34,657 nucleotides of DNA from IMG/VR virus record IMGVR_UViG_3300042366_001181, positions 1 to 34,657 of that record, one strand, 5' to 3'. The notes under the pieces were generated by a model. That model worked only from the letters and a program-made list of their open reading frames with translations. It was not told the DNA's origin and searched no databases. Positions 1 to 9,438 of the stretch are shown here, in pieces. The DNA is from a virus (Duplodnaviria; Caudoviricetes). Position 1 is the first letter of the stretch. Every line of letters begins with the position of its first letter. The translations under genes were made by a program, and so were the position numbers.

Positions 1-258
1 ATGCACCCTAACGTAAGAACAACCAACCGCCAGAACGGCAGCGTCCTCATCGCCAACACGACCCAAGTGACCGGCGAATTCGTCAGCATCGACAGCCTGG
101 ACAACGCCACCAAATTCGAAGTCCTCACCGGCAACAGCACCGGCATCGCCAACGTAACAAGTGGCAGCGCCACCGCCATCCCGAACGGCACCACGATCGA
201 CGGCATCTTCACCGCCATCAAACTCCACGCCGGGTCCGTCATCGCCTACCGCAAATAA
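1..258 (+). CDS. hypothetical small beta-rich virion-associated protein
   Basis: 85-aa ORF, phage-like codon usage, ends 'FTAIKLHAGSVIAYRK'; just upstream of the lysis genes. Confidence 0.55.
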   Translation: MHPNVRTTNRQNGSVLIANTTQVTGEFVSIDSLDNATKFEVLTGNSTGIANVTSGSATAIPNGTTIDGIFTAIKLHAGSVIAYRK

Positions 259-262
259 TGCC

Positions 263-469
263 ATGAGCTACATGCAGAGCCATCTGTCAACCGTCGAGCG
301 TGGCGCCTTGGGCACCTTCGCCAGCATCGGCTCTGCCGCCGTCAGCATGGTCAGCCACTTGGAAGTCTACCTAAGAGTCGCCGGCCTATGTGTCGGCCTC
401 GCCGTCGGCGTAGTCACCCTAATTTCGGTCCTCCACGACCTCCGCAAAAAGCAACAGAAAGACAAATAA
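263..469 (+). CDS. holin-like membrane protein
   Basis: ATG at 263; two hydrophobic segments and basic C-terminus (LRKKQQKDK); upstream of endolysin. Confidence 0.55.
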   Translation: MSYMQSHLSTVERGALGTFASIGSAAVSMVSHLEVYLRVAGLCVGLAVGVVTLISVLHDLRKKQQKDK

Positions 470-470
470 T

Positions 471-644
471 ATGCGCAACTGGAAAACAACGACCATCGGA
501 ATCTTGACCGCCCTCATCGCCCTGGCGACTGGCGCGAAAGAGTTCCTCGCCACCGGCACCATCCCTGACATCGGCCTCATCGCCGCCAGCCTCATGGCTG
601 CATGGGGATTAGTGGTAGCGAAAGACGGCACGGCACGCCTCTAA
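471..644 (+). CDS. holin-like 2-TM protein (57 aa, not in ORF track)
   Basis: MRNWKTTTIGILTALIALATGAKEFLATGTIPDIGLIAASLMAAWGLVVAKDGTARL; NWKTT...AKD pattern of small phage holin-like proteins. Confidence 0.65.
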   Translation: MRNWKTTTIGILTALIALATGAKEFLATGTIPDIGLIAASLMAAWGLVVAKDGTARL

Positions 645-749
645 CACGCGAGTGATCCAGTGTTCAGTCTGCCAGCCGAGTCTGCGAGACAGGTCGCCGC
701 GGCGACCAACTGATACTGCCAACTGCCAACTGAAAACTCCGTCACGCCG

Positions 750-902
750 ATGAAAAGCAAAACCATCAAAGCCATCGCCGCCCTCATCCTGCTCACCGGG
801 TTCGCCCTCATGGGCACCGGATGCGTGACGGTTGGCTACGACTTCGTGCGGCAACAAGCCACCGTCACCGTCAATCCCCCGCCCAAGGGTCACGCGAAAT
901 AA
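750..902 (+). CDS. small lipoprotein, possibly spanin-like (50 aa, not in ORF track)
   Basis: MKSKTIKAIAALILLTGFALMGTGC VTVGYDF...; signal peptide with lipobox-like Cys, Pro-rich tail; in the lysis module. Confidence 0.55.
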   Translation: MKSKTIKAIAALILLTGFALMGTGCVTVGYDFVRQQATVTVNPPPKGHAK

Positions 903-905
903 CCC

Positions 906-1502
906 ATGTGGACCTGGCTCAAAAGAATCTTTGGCAAGAAATCCGACGCTACCCCAGCGCCGGTCTCGCCGAATTTGCCCTCCGCATCCACAACGAGCTT
1001 CACCGTCGAGCCACCGCTGACGACCTACGACGAGCGCCGTCTCAGCACGCCGAACAAACAAGCCCACCGCATCAAACCGGAAGCCATCGTCCTGCATCAT
1101 TCGGACGGCAGCTACCACGGCAGCTGCGCCTGGATCACCAACCCCGCCGCTAAAGTGAGCTACCACGTCCTCATCGCCAGAGACGGCCGCCGCACCGTCT
1201 TCGGAAGCGACACCGACCGCTGCTGGCACGCCGGCCGCAGCAACTGGCACGGCCGCCCCGACCTGAATAGCTGGAGCCTCGGCGTCGCCTGGGAAGGCAA
1301 CACCTACGAAGACCCCCTCGGTGAAGCGGCGATGAACAGCGCCCTAGAATACCTCGTCCCCCGGATGCGCAAGTGGAACATCCCCATGAACCTCGTCCTC
1401 ACCCACCAACAAATCGCCCCAACCCGCAAAACCGACATCTCCCCCGGCGACGCCGCCCGCTTTAAGAGCAGACTCCGTTCTGCCCTGACGCCTGCTAACT
1501 GA
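906..1502 (+). CDS. endolysin, N-acetylmuramoyl-L-alanine amidase (Amidase_2)
   Basis: IVLHH, VSYHVLI, CWHAG, NSWSLGV, THQQIAPTRKTD motifs. Confidence 0.9.
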   Translation: MWTWLKRIFGKKSDATPAPVSPNLPSASTTSFTVEPPLTTYDERRLSTPNKQAHRIKPEAIVLHHSDGSYHGSCAWITNPAAKVSYHVLIARDGRRTVFGSDTDRCWHAGRSNWHGRPDLNSWSLGVAWEGNTYEDPLGEAAMNSALEYLVPRMRKWNIPMNLVLTHQQIAPTRKTDISPGDAARFKSRLRSALTPAN

Positions 1503-1519
1503 CGACTGACGACTTCCCC

Positions 1520-3691
1520 ATGTCCCTCGAATCTCCAGTCCAACGCGACGGCGACAACGGCTTCATCGGCTTCGCCAGCCGCTTGAACCCGCTGACCTTG
1601 CCCGCCGGAATGCTGCAAGACAGCGTCAACATGCGCTTGGATCGCGGAGTCGCCCAGACCCGCAAAGGATCAAAGCGTCTTACCGATACCATCGGAACGA
1701 CCGGCGCCCCGCTGACATTGGACTTCACCCTCGGCACCGACAAGACCGTCACGTCGATCACCCGCGCCTCGACCACGGCGACCGTCACGGCGACCGCCCA
1801 CGGATTCACGACCGGCGACCAAGTGAACATCCGTGGCGCCACGCAGACCGATTACAACGGCGACTTCATCGTCACGGTCACGGACGCCAACACTTTTACC
1901 TATACCGTCAGCGGCAGCCCCGCGACACCGGCCACCGGCACCATCATCGCCAACAACGGCCCCGAAGTGCGCGACAGCTATGACGGCGGACTCTATGCGG
2001 CCGGTGTCTTCGCCAGCCAGAACTACGACAACGCCAACGAATTCATCGTCCTTGCCGGAAGCGACAGCGCCACGCTTTACCGGCAGGGACAATCGCCGGT
2101 CGTGAAGACCTATCCGACCAGCCCCGCCGAGAAGATCGAAGGCACCGACACCGTCTCGGTGGTGCAGGCATTCGACCGCCTCTACATACTCCGCGAAGCA
2201 TCCCGCACTGCAACCGGCTATGAGGAAAAGCTGACTGACGCCGGAGGTATCAGCGTCAGTTCAACGACAGCCACCGTGAGCTTCGCCTCGGCCCATGGCT
2301 ATCCGGTTGGCGCCCGCGTCCGTATTGAAGGATCTACAACGCCTGCGTTCGACGGCCATGAGTTTGACATCGTGGACGCGGCACCGGCAGGTGACAACAC
2401 GCACTTCACTATTACCGTCCCAAGCGGCACCGCCACGCATGCCGCCGCAGGCATCAAGGTGCGGAGAACAAAGCCGCCGATCTATTGGGACGGCGGCAGC
2501 GGCAACTTCGTCCGCGCCACCGCAGGCGTTCCGGCCGCAGGCGTCACCTACACGACCATGCCGAGCACCGGCTGGGCGGCCTACCACAATAACCGGCTTT
2601 GGTTTGCCAAAAACCGCGACACCGTGGCGATCTCGGACGTTCTCGACCCCGACCTCTACGATCCATTCTGGAACAGCTTCCGCGCCGGAGCCGGAGGCGA
2701 TGACCGCATTGTGGCCGTGCATCCGTGGGTTGAGGGGCAGGCGCTCGTCTTCTGCCGCAAATCCATCTGGCTCGCCACGCTCAATCAATTCAGCAGCACC
2801 GATGGCAGCGACTTCTCGGTGGATACGCCGGTCAGCGGCCTCACGCTCTTAACCAACGAGATCGGCTGCTCGGCCCGCAATACCATCGTAACGGCAGGCA
2901 GCTTCGTCTTCTTCCTCTCGGACGCGGGCATCTATCGCTTGGATAGCCGCCTCGATCTCAAGCTCCGCGGCGACACCAAGCCGCTCTCCGAACCTATCGC
3001 CGACCTCTTCAGCCAAGTGGTGCAGGCCCGCGTGGAGAAGTCGGCTTTTGGGATCTGGCACAACAACCGCTATTTGGTCGCGCTTCCTACCAGCGCCGAG
3101 CCGCTTGATGGCAACAAGCTGGTCATTGCATGGAACGCACTCACCGACACTTGGGAATACCGCGACACATACCCAAGCAGCGCATCGGTCAACCAGATCC
3201 TTGTAGGAACCTACGACAACCAGCGCCGCGTCTTTAGTATCCCTCGTAGCGGCAACTTATATCTGCTTGAGGAGCAAACTGGCGGTGGTGACGACCAAGC
3301 GACTGGAACGGCGACCAATCCCATCATCGGGGCAATCAAGACTCGCCGCTACGACTTTGGCGACATGCACTCAAAGAGATTCCTCCGCACGATTGCTGAC
3401 GTTGTTTTGCCGCTCAACTCAACGGTCAAGACCAAGATCAACTCAATCAACCCAGACCTGCCGCCAGATCCGAACGACCTTGATCCAATCACCGGCTACA
3501 AGATCGGCGAGCTGACCAACTCGGCCAACGACAACCCCGAAGATTACAACATGAAGTCGCCGATCCGTTACAAGGCGCACGCCATGGAAATCATTTACAC
3601 AACCTCCGGTGGGCGGCCGGAAATCAGATCCGCCAGCATCGAGGCATCGCCCAAGTCCTTGCCTCCGACCGAAACAAGATCAGCAGCATAA
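1520..3691 (+). CDS. tail tubular/nozzle (stabilization)-like protein with two inserted FCCH-like beta domains
   Basis: NNRLWFA, LVFCRKSIW, EIGCSARNTIV, VFFLSDAGIY, PLSEPI motifs of podovirus nozzle proteins; two 'AHG(F/Y)xxG' repeats. Confidence 0.75.
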   Translation: MSLESPVQRDGDNGFIGFASRLNPLTLPAGMLQDSVNMRLDRGVAQTRKGSKRLTDTIGTTGAPLTLDFTLGTDKTVTSITRASTTATVTATAHGFTTGDQVNIRGATQTDYNGDFIVTVTDANTFTYTVSGSPATPATGTIIANNGPEVRDSYDGGLYAAGVFASQNYDNANEFIVLAGSDSATLYRQGQSPVVKTYPTSPAEKIEGTDTVSVVQAFDRLYILREASRTATGYEEKLTDAGGISVSSTTATVSFASAHGYPVGARVRIEGSTTPAFDGHEFDIVDAAPAGDNTHFTITVPSGTATHAAAGIKVRRTKPPIYWDGGSGNFVRATAGVPAAGVTYTTMPSTGWAAYHNNRLWFAKNRDTVAISDVLDPDLYDPFWNSFRAGAGGDDRIVAVHPWVEGQALVFCRKSIWLATLNQFSSTDGSDFSVDTPVSGLTLLTNEIGCSARNTIVTAGSFVFFLSDAGIYRLDSRLDLKLRGDTKPLSEPIADLFSQVVQARVEKSAFGIWHNNRYLVALPTSAEPLDGNKLVIAWNALTDTWEYRDTYPSSASVNQILVGTYDNQRRVFSIPRSGNLYLLEEQTGGGDDQATGTATNPIIGAIKTRRYDFGDMHSKRFLRTIADVVLPLNSTVKTKINSINPDLPPDPNDLDPITGYKIGELTNSANDNPEDYNMKSPIRYKAHAMEIIYTTSGGRPEIRSASIEASPKSLPPTETRSAA

Positions 3692-3696
3692 TTCCT

Positions 3697-5172
3697 ATGG
3701 CAACTTACGCTTACACCTTCAACTCGGGCGACACCGTCACACCGACACGCATCAATGACGCCCGCACGATCAGTGACATTGTCAACGCCGACGTAAAGAG
3801 CGATGCGGCGATTGCTGGAACCAAAATCGCACCGGATTTTGGAAGCCAAAACATTACAACAACTGGCAACGCACAGTCCACGAATGTCACCGCTTTGGGT
3901 TCTGGCTTTATCGGCCTTCGTCAACGCTGTCACGCCGATGCGGGCGCAGGAAGTCCAGAGCTTATCTCAAGCAGAAGTCGCGGCACTGCATCGTCTCCAA
4001 CCATAGTTGGCAGTGGCGACAGCCTTCTGTTTATTGCTGCACAGGGTTATGATGGCAGCACTTACCGCAACGCATGCTTTATTGGCTGCGACGTTGACGC
4101 AACACCAGGGTCGAGCGACATGCCTGGTCGCATTGTATTTTCTACATCGCCGGACGGAAGCGCGTCGCCAGTTGAGCGCATGCGGATTACTTCGGCAGGC
4201 CGCGTTGGGATTGGAACGAGCATTCCAGAAGCTCCATTGGAGGTATTCATCTCAACCGGAAACACCGAATATCTCCGAGCAGGCTCAAGCGTGTCTGACC
4301 GGAGCCTGAGATTCTCTTCCTTTGCCGTCTCCGGCACCAATAGCGTTGGTCACGATATTAAGGCGCCAGAGGCCAACGGCACGCTGACGTTTTCTACAGT
4401 TTCGTCAGAGCGCGTGCGCATCACCAATACAGGAGCTGTCTGCGTCGGAACAACATCACCGACCGCAGACCACTTGCTGCACGTTGCCGGACGAACAATC
4501 ATTCGCGGGGCGGTCGCAGGCACAACGGCGGCCATGCCGAGCGAGACAACCATGCTGTCAGTGCTTAATGGCGCATCCTATAATGGAACTCCTTCGGTTT
4601 CGCTTTCAATTGGCGCTTCGAACTACGACTCCGTGGACAGTGGAGTGCCCTTCCAGTGGGTATTTTTAACACCCTCTGAAGCCACAGGATCGGCGCTAAC
4701 CATTAACGAGAGGACCTTCAACGGGTCTTATTCCAGAACCGAGCGCCTGCGCGTTGACTCAAGCGGCATAGCGGTTGCTGGAGACGCTACAATTTCCGAC
4801 AAGCTCATCCACGCCGGAGACACCAACACATGTGTGCGGTTTCCGGCCGCAGATACCGTAGCCGTTGAGACGGCAGGGAGCGAAAGACTGCGCGTAGACT
4901 CAAGTGGAAACTTAGGAATCGGCACCACGTCACCAAGCCACAAGTTAAGCGTGGTTGGCGACATCAACACAACTGAGAGCTTTTTGGTAGATAGCACAAA
5001 AGTCGTCGGCAACCGCGTCACCGGCTGGGGCGCTCCGACCGGAACAATTAGCCGCTCGGCGCTGACCCTCACGGCATCGGCGACCTACTCGCAGTCGGAA
5101 ATCAACACGATCATTCAAGCCCTCAAGGCGGTTGTCACCGACCTGCGCACGCATGGCCTCATCGGAAACTAA
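3697..5172 (+). CDS. tail fibre protein
   Basis: N-terminal anchor (YTFNSGDTVTPTRIN); four ERxR(I/V)xxxGxxxxG repeats; lower GC than its neighbours. Confidence 0.8.
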   Translation: MATYAYTFNSGDTVTPTRINDARTISDIVNADVKSDAAIAGTKIAPDFGSQNITTTGNAQSTNVTALGSGFIGLRQRCHADAGAGSPELISSRSRGTASSPTIVGSGDSLLFIAAQGYDGSTYRNACFIGCDVDATPGSSDMPGRIVFSTSPDGSASPVERMRITSAGRVGIGTSIPEAPLEVFISTGNTEYLRAGSSVSDRSLRFSSFAVSGTNSVGHDIKAPEANGTLTFSTVSSERVRITNTGAVCVGTTSPTADHLLHVAGRTIIRGAVAGTTAAMPSETTMLSVLNGASYNGTPSVSLSIGASNYDSVDSGVPFQWVFLTPSEATGSALTINERTFNGSYSRTERLRVDSSGIAVAGDATISDKLIHAGDTNTCVRFPAADTVAVETAGSERLRVDSSGNLGIGTTSPSHKLSVVGDINTTESFLVDSTKVVGNRVTGWGAPTGTISRSALTLTASATYSQSEINTIIQALKAVVTDLRTHGLIGN

Positions 5173-5175
5173 TTT

Positions 5176-5346
5176 ATGAAACAACAACTCGCCGAACTCA
5201 TCGAAGCCTACGCCTGCGCCCGCGTGAGCGGGAACCGGATGCTCATGGAATATGCGGCAGGCAAACTCAACGACCTCATGGCCGCCATCGAGGTGGCGGT
5301 GCCGAAGGAGATTTTACAAGAAGTAACTAAAACGGAGGGACAATAA
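5176..5346 (+). CDS. hypothetical protein (56 aa), possible fibre chaperone
   Basis: MKQQLAELIEAYACARVSGNRMLMEYAAGKLNDL...; fills the gap between the fibre gene and the next gene. Confidence 0.55.
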   Translation: MKQQLAELIEAYACARVSGNRMLMEYAAGKLNDLMAAIEVAVPKEILQEVTKTEGQ

Positions 5347-5348
5347 CT

Positions 5349-6710
5349 ATGGCCGCGAAAACCAAACCCAAGCCTAAGCCCAAACAGCCTAAGCCTAAGC
5401 CGAAACCCAAGCCCAAAGCGAAGCCACTTCCCGGAACGCTGACCGGCAAAGGCGCTGGCACAAGCAAAACAAAGCCGCCGAAAGGTGGGGGATTTTTGGA
5501 CAACCGCCCTAAGCTCGGCCCCGGAGTAAATGCGCCGGAAGTCTTGCGGGGCACCAACCAAGGCGGGGCGCAGTTTGTCGATGCTCAAGGCGATGCACAG
5601 GTGCCATTGTTCCGGCAACTGGCCAATCAACAGTTTGACCAGATCGGGCGGATTGCGAGACAGCTCAACAATCCATACACGCGAGATGCCCGTAACCAAG
5701 TAAATCGGTCGTTCACCACGGCAAACCAACTCGGCGCCATCGGCAACAGAACAATGGCCATGGGCGACGCGGCCGGCCAGCAGATCACCAATCTGGCTCC
5801 CGTGGCACAGCGGCAGGCTGGCTTTGCCGCTAACAACATCTATGGCTTGGGTGGGCTGCTGGCCAACCAAGCGCGTGAGGGATTTGCCACGGCTGGGCCG
5901 ACCAGCATTGAGCAGGCGCTTTACGATCAAGGCCAGTCCGAGTTGGCGCTGGGACGTTCGCTCTCGGATGGCGAGTTGCGTGACGCCACGCAGTCCGCCC
6001 GTCAAGGCATGGCCGCTCGCGGCTTGGCCACGGGCAATGCGGCACTCGGGGCTGAATTGCTAAACCGCGACCGCTTTGCGAATCAACGGCTGGCCGAACG
6101 CCGCGCCTTTGCCGGAACAGCAAACAACCTGCGCGAGCAAAACGTCAATGCTCGGCGCGAGCTGGCCGGAAACTTTGCAACCGCAGGCGGCAACCTCTTC
6201 GACGCCGGCGGCCGCATGAATCTTCTCGGCACTCAGACGGCCGGAAACCTCCGGCAAGCTGGTGCTGACACGATGATGCAAGGCCGCCAGATCGGCGGGG
6301 CGCTGCTCAATAACTCCGCACTCTTGCGCCAAGCTGGCGCGGGAATGATGGCCGACCTCGATCCGTATCAACGCGCCATCCAAGGCGGGCTGTCACTCGG
6401 ACAGACGGCCCAAGCCGGTTCGCTCGACACAACGCAGGGCGGCTTCAACAACGCGCTGGATCTCTTCGCCAACACCGGCAGCTTCAACGTCAACCGCGGC
6501 GACAGCCTCTACAATTCGTGGCTGAACAATGCCACGGCGGTGAAGACGGGAAATATGGCGGCCAGCTCGCAGCGCGAGGCGGCCAACATAACGGCGGCGT
6601 CAAACCGGGCTGCCGGAAGAGACGCCATGTGGGGCGGCATTGCGTCAGGAGTTCCTGTTCTTGGGCCAATCGCTGCTGGAGTATCCAAAGTGTTTGGTTG
6701 GCGGAAATAG
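5349..6710 (+). CDS. putative DNA ejection/internal virion protein
   Basis: A/G/Q/N-rich helical protein with MAARGL..G motif and C-terminal GG-rich hydrophobic helix; (KP)n N-terminus. Confidence 0.65.
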   Translation: MAAKTKPKPKPKQPKPKPKPKPKAKPLPGTLTGKGAGTSKTKPPKGGGFLDNRPKLGPGVNAPEVLRGTNQGGAQFVDAQGDAQVPLFRQLANQQFDQIGRIARQLNNPYTRDARNQVNRSFTTANQLGAIGNRTMAMGDAAGQQITNLAPVAQRQAGFAANNIYGLGGLLANQAREGFATAGPTSIEQALYDQGQSELALGRSLSDGELRDATQSARQGMAARGLATGNAALGAELLNRDRFANQRLAERRAFAGTANNLREQNVNARRELAGNFATAGGNLFDAGGRMNLLGTQTAGNLRQAGADTMMQGRQIGGALLNNSALLRQAGAGMMADLDPYQRAIQGGLSLGQTAQAGSLDTTQGGFNNALDLFANTGSFNVNRGDSLYNSWLNNATAVKTGNMAASSQREAANITAASNRAAGRDAMWGGIASGVPVLGPIAAGVSKVFGWRK

Positions 6711-6737
6711 AAAATATACAATCAGAAAGACACATAT

Positions 6738-7313
6738 ATGTTCTCATATAATCCAATAGAAAGAAACCGTTCGGGCGAAATTTTGTCCAAGGGATTGCGC
6801 TACGAAGCCGAACAACTGGCCAATGCCAGAATACGCGAGTCTGAAGTGCGAGCAGCAATGGACGCTAATGCCGGAAAACAAATTGGCCAAGGCATACAAG
6901 ACGCCGGACGAGTGGCGTTGGCTATATTCGGCGGGACTGCTGGAATGGCGGCTGCCTCACAAATGGGCGGCGGCGGCGGTGGCGGAGGAGGCGGTGGTGG
7001 CGATTTGATCGGCTCGCTCGTCAGCTCGTTTGCCAACAAGAAGGCGATGGATGCCAAGGACAAGGCTTACATGGGATTCTTCGAGCGGCACGGGGACCAG
7101 TTGGGCTTCGATGGGGATTACCTGGCGCAACTGAAGAACATGAACCGCGACGAACGCGTCGCCGCCTTCGACCTCATGACCGGCCAACCCGGCCAACGCC
7201 TCGGCAGCCTCAACTATCTGAACCAGCAAATGGGTCCGCGGACCGCGGGACCGGCGACGGGGACGGGGGCGGGCGGCATGAACCAGGCGCCGGTGCGCAG
7301 CAAGACGTTTTAA
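6738..7313 (+). CDS. putative ejection/internal virion protein
   Basis: MFSYNP..NRSGEIL start, Gly-rich hydrophobic segment, 12-Gly run; between tail genes and the giant gene. Confidence 0.55.
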   Translation: MFSYNPIERNRSGEILSKGLRYEAEQLANARIRESEVRAAMDANAGKQIGQGIQDAGRVALAIFGGTAGMAAASQMGGGGGGGGGGGGDLIGSLVSSFANKKAMDAKDKAYMGFFERHGDQLGFDGDYLAQLKNMNRDERVAAFDLMTGQPGQRLGSLNYLNQQMGPRTAGPATGTGAGGMNQAPVRSKTF

Positions 7314-7322
7314 GGAGACATC

Positions 7323-7892
7323 ATGGCGGAACCACGGATCATGTCGGACATCGAGTTCGGGCGGCAGGTCATGGGCTATCAGCCCGGACAGTCGATCGAG
7401 GGCGCGGAACTGGATAAGTTCGAGCGGGAGTATGAGGCTTACCGCAAGAAGGCTCTCAGCGATTGGCAGCTCCGGACCGATGACCAGGGACGGATGGTGC
7501 GGGCGAACCCGACGACGGGTCTCGTCATGACCATGACCAATGCCCAAGGACAACCGGTCATGGCGGGGACTTCGGGTAGCCAGGACCCTTATGCTGCTTA
7601 TATGAATCCCACCGGCGTAAGCGGGGCCGATCCCGCGGCGGCAGATATGACAAACTCGGCGGCGTTCCAAGGGGTGCAGCCGACGGCGGCGCCCGCGGGG
7701 AATGCGGTCGTGCCGGTGAATGTGAATCCGGCGATGCAGCGGACCGCTGGGCCAGCGGTCCCTACCGGGGTAACGGCGGCGGCGCCGGTGTTCCGGACGG
7801 AGGATGATGTGATCTCGGCGGCGCGGGCGGGGCAGCTGTCGAAGGAGCAGGCGCAGCAAATTTTGGTGAATCAATTCGGACTCGATCCGTGA
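7323..7892 (+). CDS. putative internal virion protein
   Basis: AAGGAG RBS; 189 aa; overlaps the next gene (GTGA). Confidence 0.55.
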   Translation: MAEPRIMSDIEFGRQVMGYQPGQSIEGAELDKFEREYEAYRKKALSDWQLRTDDQGRMVRANPTTGLVMTMTNAQGQPVMAGTSGSQDPYAAYMNPTGVSGADPAAADMTNSAAFQGVQPTAAPAGNAVVPVNVNPAMQRTAGPAVPTGVTAAAPVFRTEDDVISAARAGQLSKEQAQQILVNQFGLDP

Positions 7893-9438
7893 GTAGCCGC
7901 TCCGCCAGCGCACTCCTCGATGCGGCTCTGGCCGTGCCGTTTGATCCGGAGGAAGAGGATCGGCGGCAGCTGGCGTTGGCGCGGTCGGCGTCTTGGGACT
8001 CGGGGCCGGTGTCGCCTTCGGTGGTGGATATCGCGCCGGAACCGGCGTTTGTGCCGGACCCGCTGGTGCAGGCCGCAGATCAGCAAATGCAGCGGACGGC
8101 TGAGCCAGCCGTCCCTACCGGGGAATATATGGAGCCGCCGCTACCGCAGGCGGATGAGGATTTGCCGCCGGTGAGTCAGCCTGGAGCAGGGGGCATGGGG
8201 CAGGGAGTAACCAGACAGGGAGGCGGGCGGCGGTCGGCTTCGGCGCTCCTCGCGGAGGTTTTGCCGGAGGCGACGGCAGCTGAGCAGCGGACGGCTGGGC
8301 CAGCCGTCCCTACCGGGGGCACGCGGCGGCGGTCGGCGGCGGCGCTTTTGGCGGATGTTCCGGAGGATAGTGGGGTGCTGCGGCGGGCGGCGGATGTGCC
8401 GATCTTTATTGCCCAGGGAATCACGACGGGGCTGAAGGGGCTGACGGATGCTTTCGGCGCGGATAATGCGGCGTCGCAGGCGCTGGCGGCGAATCAAGAT
8501 TTTTACCAGGCGCAGCTGTCACCGGAGGCGCAGGCTTCGCAACAGCGGGTGGCGCAGATCCAGGCGGAGGCGGCGGACCAGGGCGTGATGGCGCAGCTGG
8601 GGGCGGCGGGCCGGGCGTTTGCGGAGTCGCCGACGGCGTTCGTGGCGCAGGGCGTGGGGACGATGGCGCCGACGATCGCGCTGGGCGCGGCGGGCAAGGC
8701 GGTGGGCCTGGGCGCCCGCGGCGTGCAGGCGGTGCAGACGGCGACGGGGGCGACGATGGGCGGCGGGATCGTGAAGGGGGAAATTTATCAGGCGGTGGAG
8801 CAGGCGATGCTGCAAGCGGGACGTTCGCCGGAGGAGGCGGCGGAGGCGGCGTCGACGGCGCAGGCTTACGGCGGGGAGAATCTTGACCAGATCCTGGCGG
8901 GCTACGGGCTGGGGGCTTTGGCGACGGCGATCGGGGCGGAACGCTTGGCGGGTCGGGCGATCGCGGGCGCGGCGGCGCCGACGGGTGGCGTGCTGCGGGT
9001 GGCGGGACGGACGGCTTTGCAGGAGGCGTTGCCGGAGGCGGCGCAGGGTGGACAAGAGCAGCTGGCGCGGAACTTGGCGCAGCAACGTGAGGATTTCAAT
9101 GTGCCGACGATGCGCGGCGTGGTGGGCGCCGGGGCGCTGGAGGGCCTAGCCGGTCTGGCGATCGGCGGTCCGGCGGGCGTGGCGGCGGGGGTGGGCGCCA
9201 GGATGGCGCCGCAGGGAGCAAGGAGCACGGAGCAGGGAGCCGGAGCACCGGCGGCCGCTGCCGCGGCGCCGGCACCGGTGCGGCGGGTGGTGGTGGAGGC
9301 GGATGATGTCTTTGGGGAGGCGACGACGGCGGCGGTGAGTGAGCCTGGAGCGGGGAGCATGGAGCCGGGAGCAGGGGATGAAAGGTTTGCTCCGCCGCCC
9401 GCAGCTGAGCAGCGGCCCGCTGAGCCAGCGGGCCCTAC
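7741..9438 (-). repeat. four GTAG-type REP-like hairpins inside CDSs (7741-7765, 8094-8118, 8289-8313, 9414-9438)
   Basis: 9-bp stem/3-nt loop followed by CTAC (GTAG on the - strand). Confidence 0.85.

Noticed and set aside
7232-7270. GGTCCGCGGACC / PRTAGPATGTG as a further coding REP copy
   Set aside because: Peptide resembles the REP-encoded one, but the 9-bp stem and CTAC tail are absent; at most a degenerate relic
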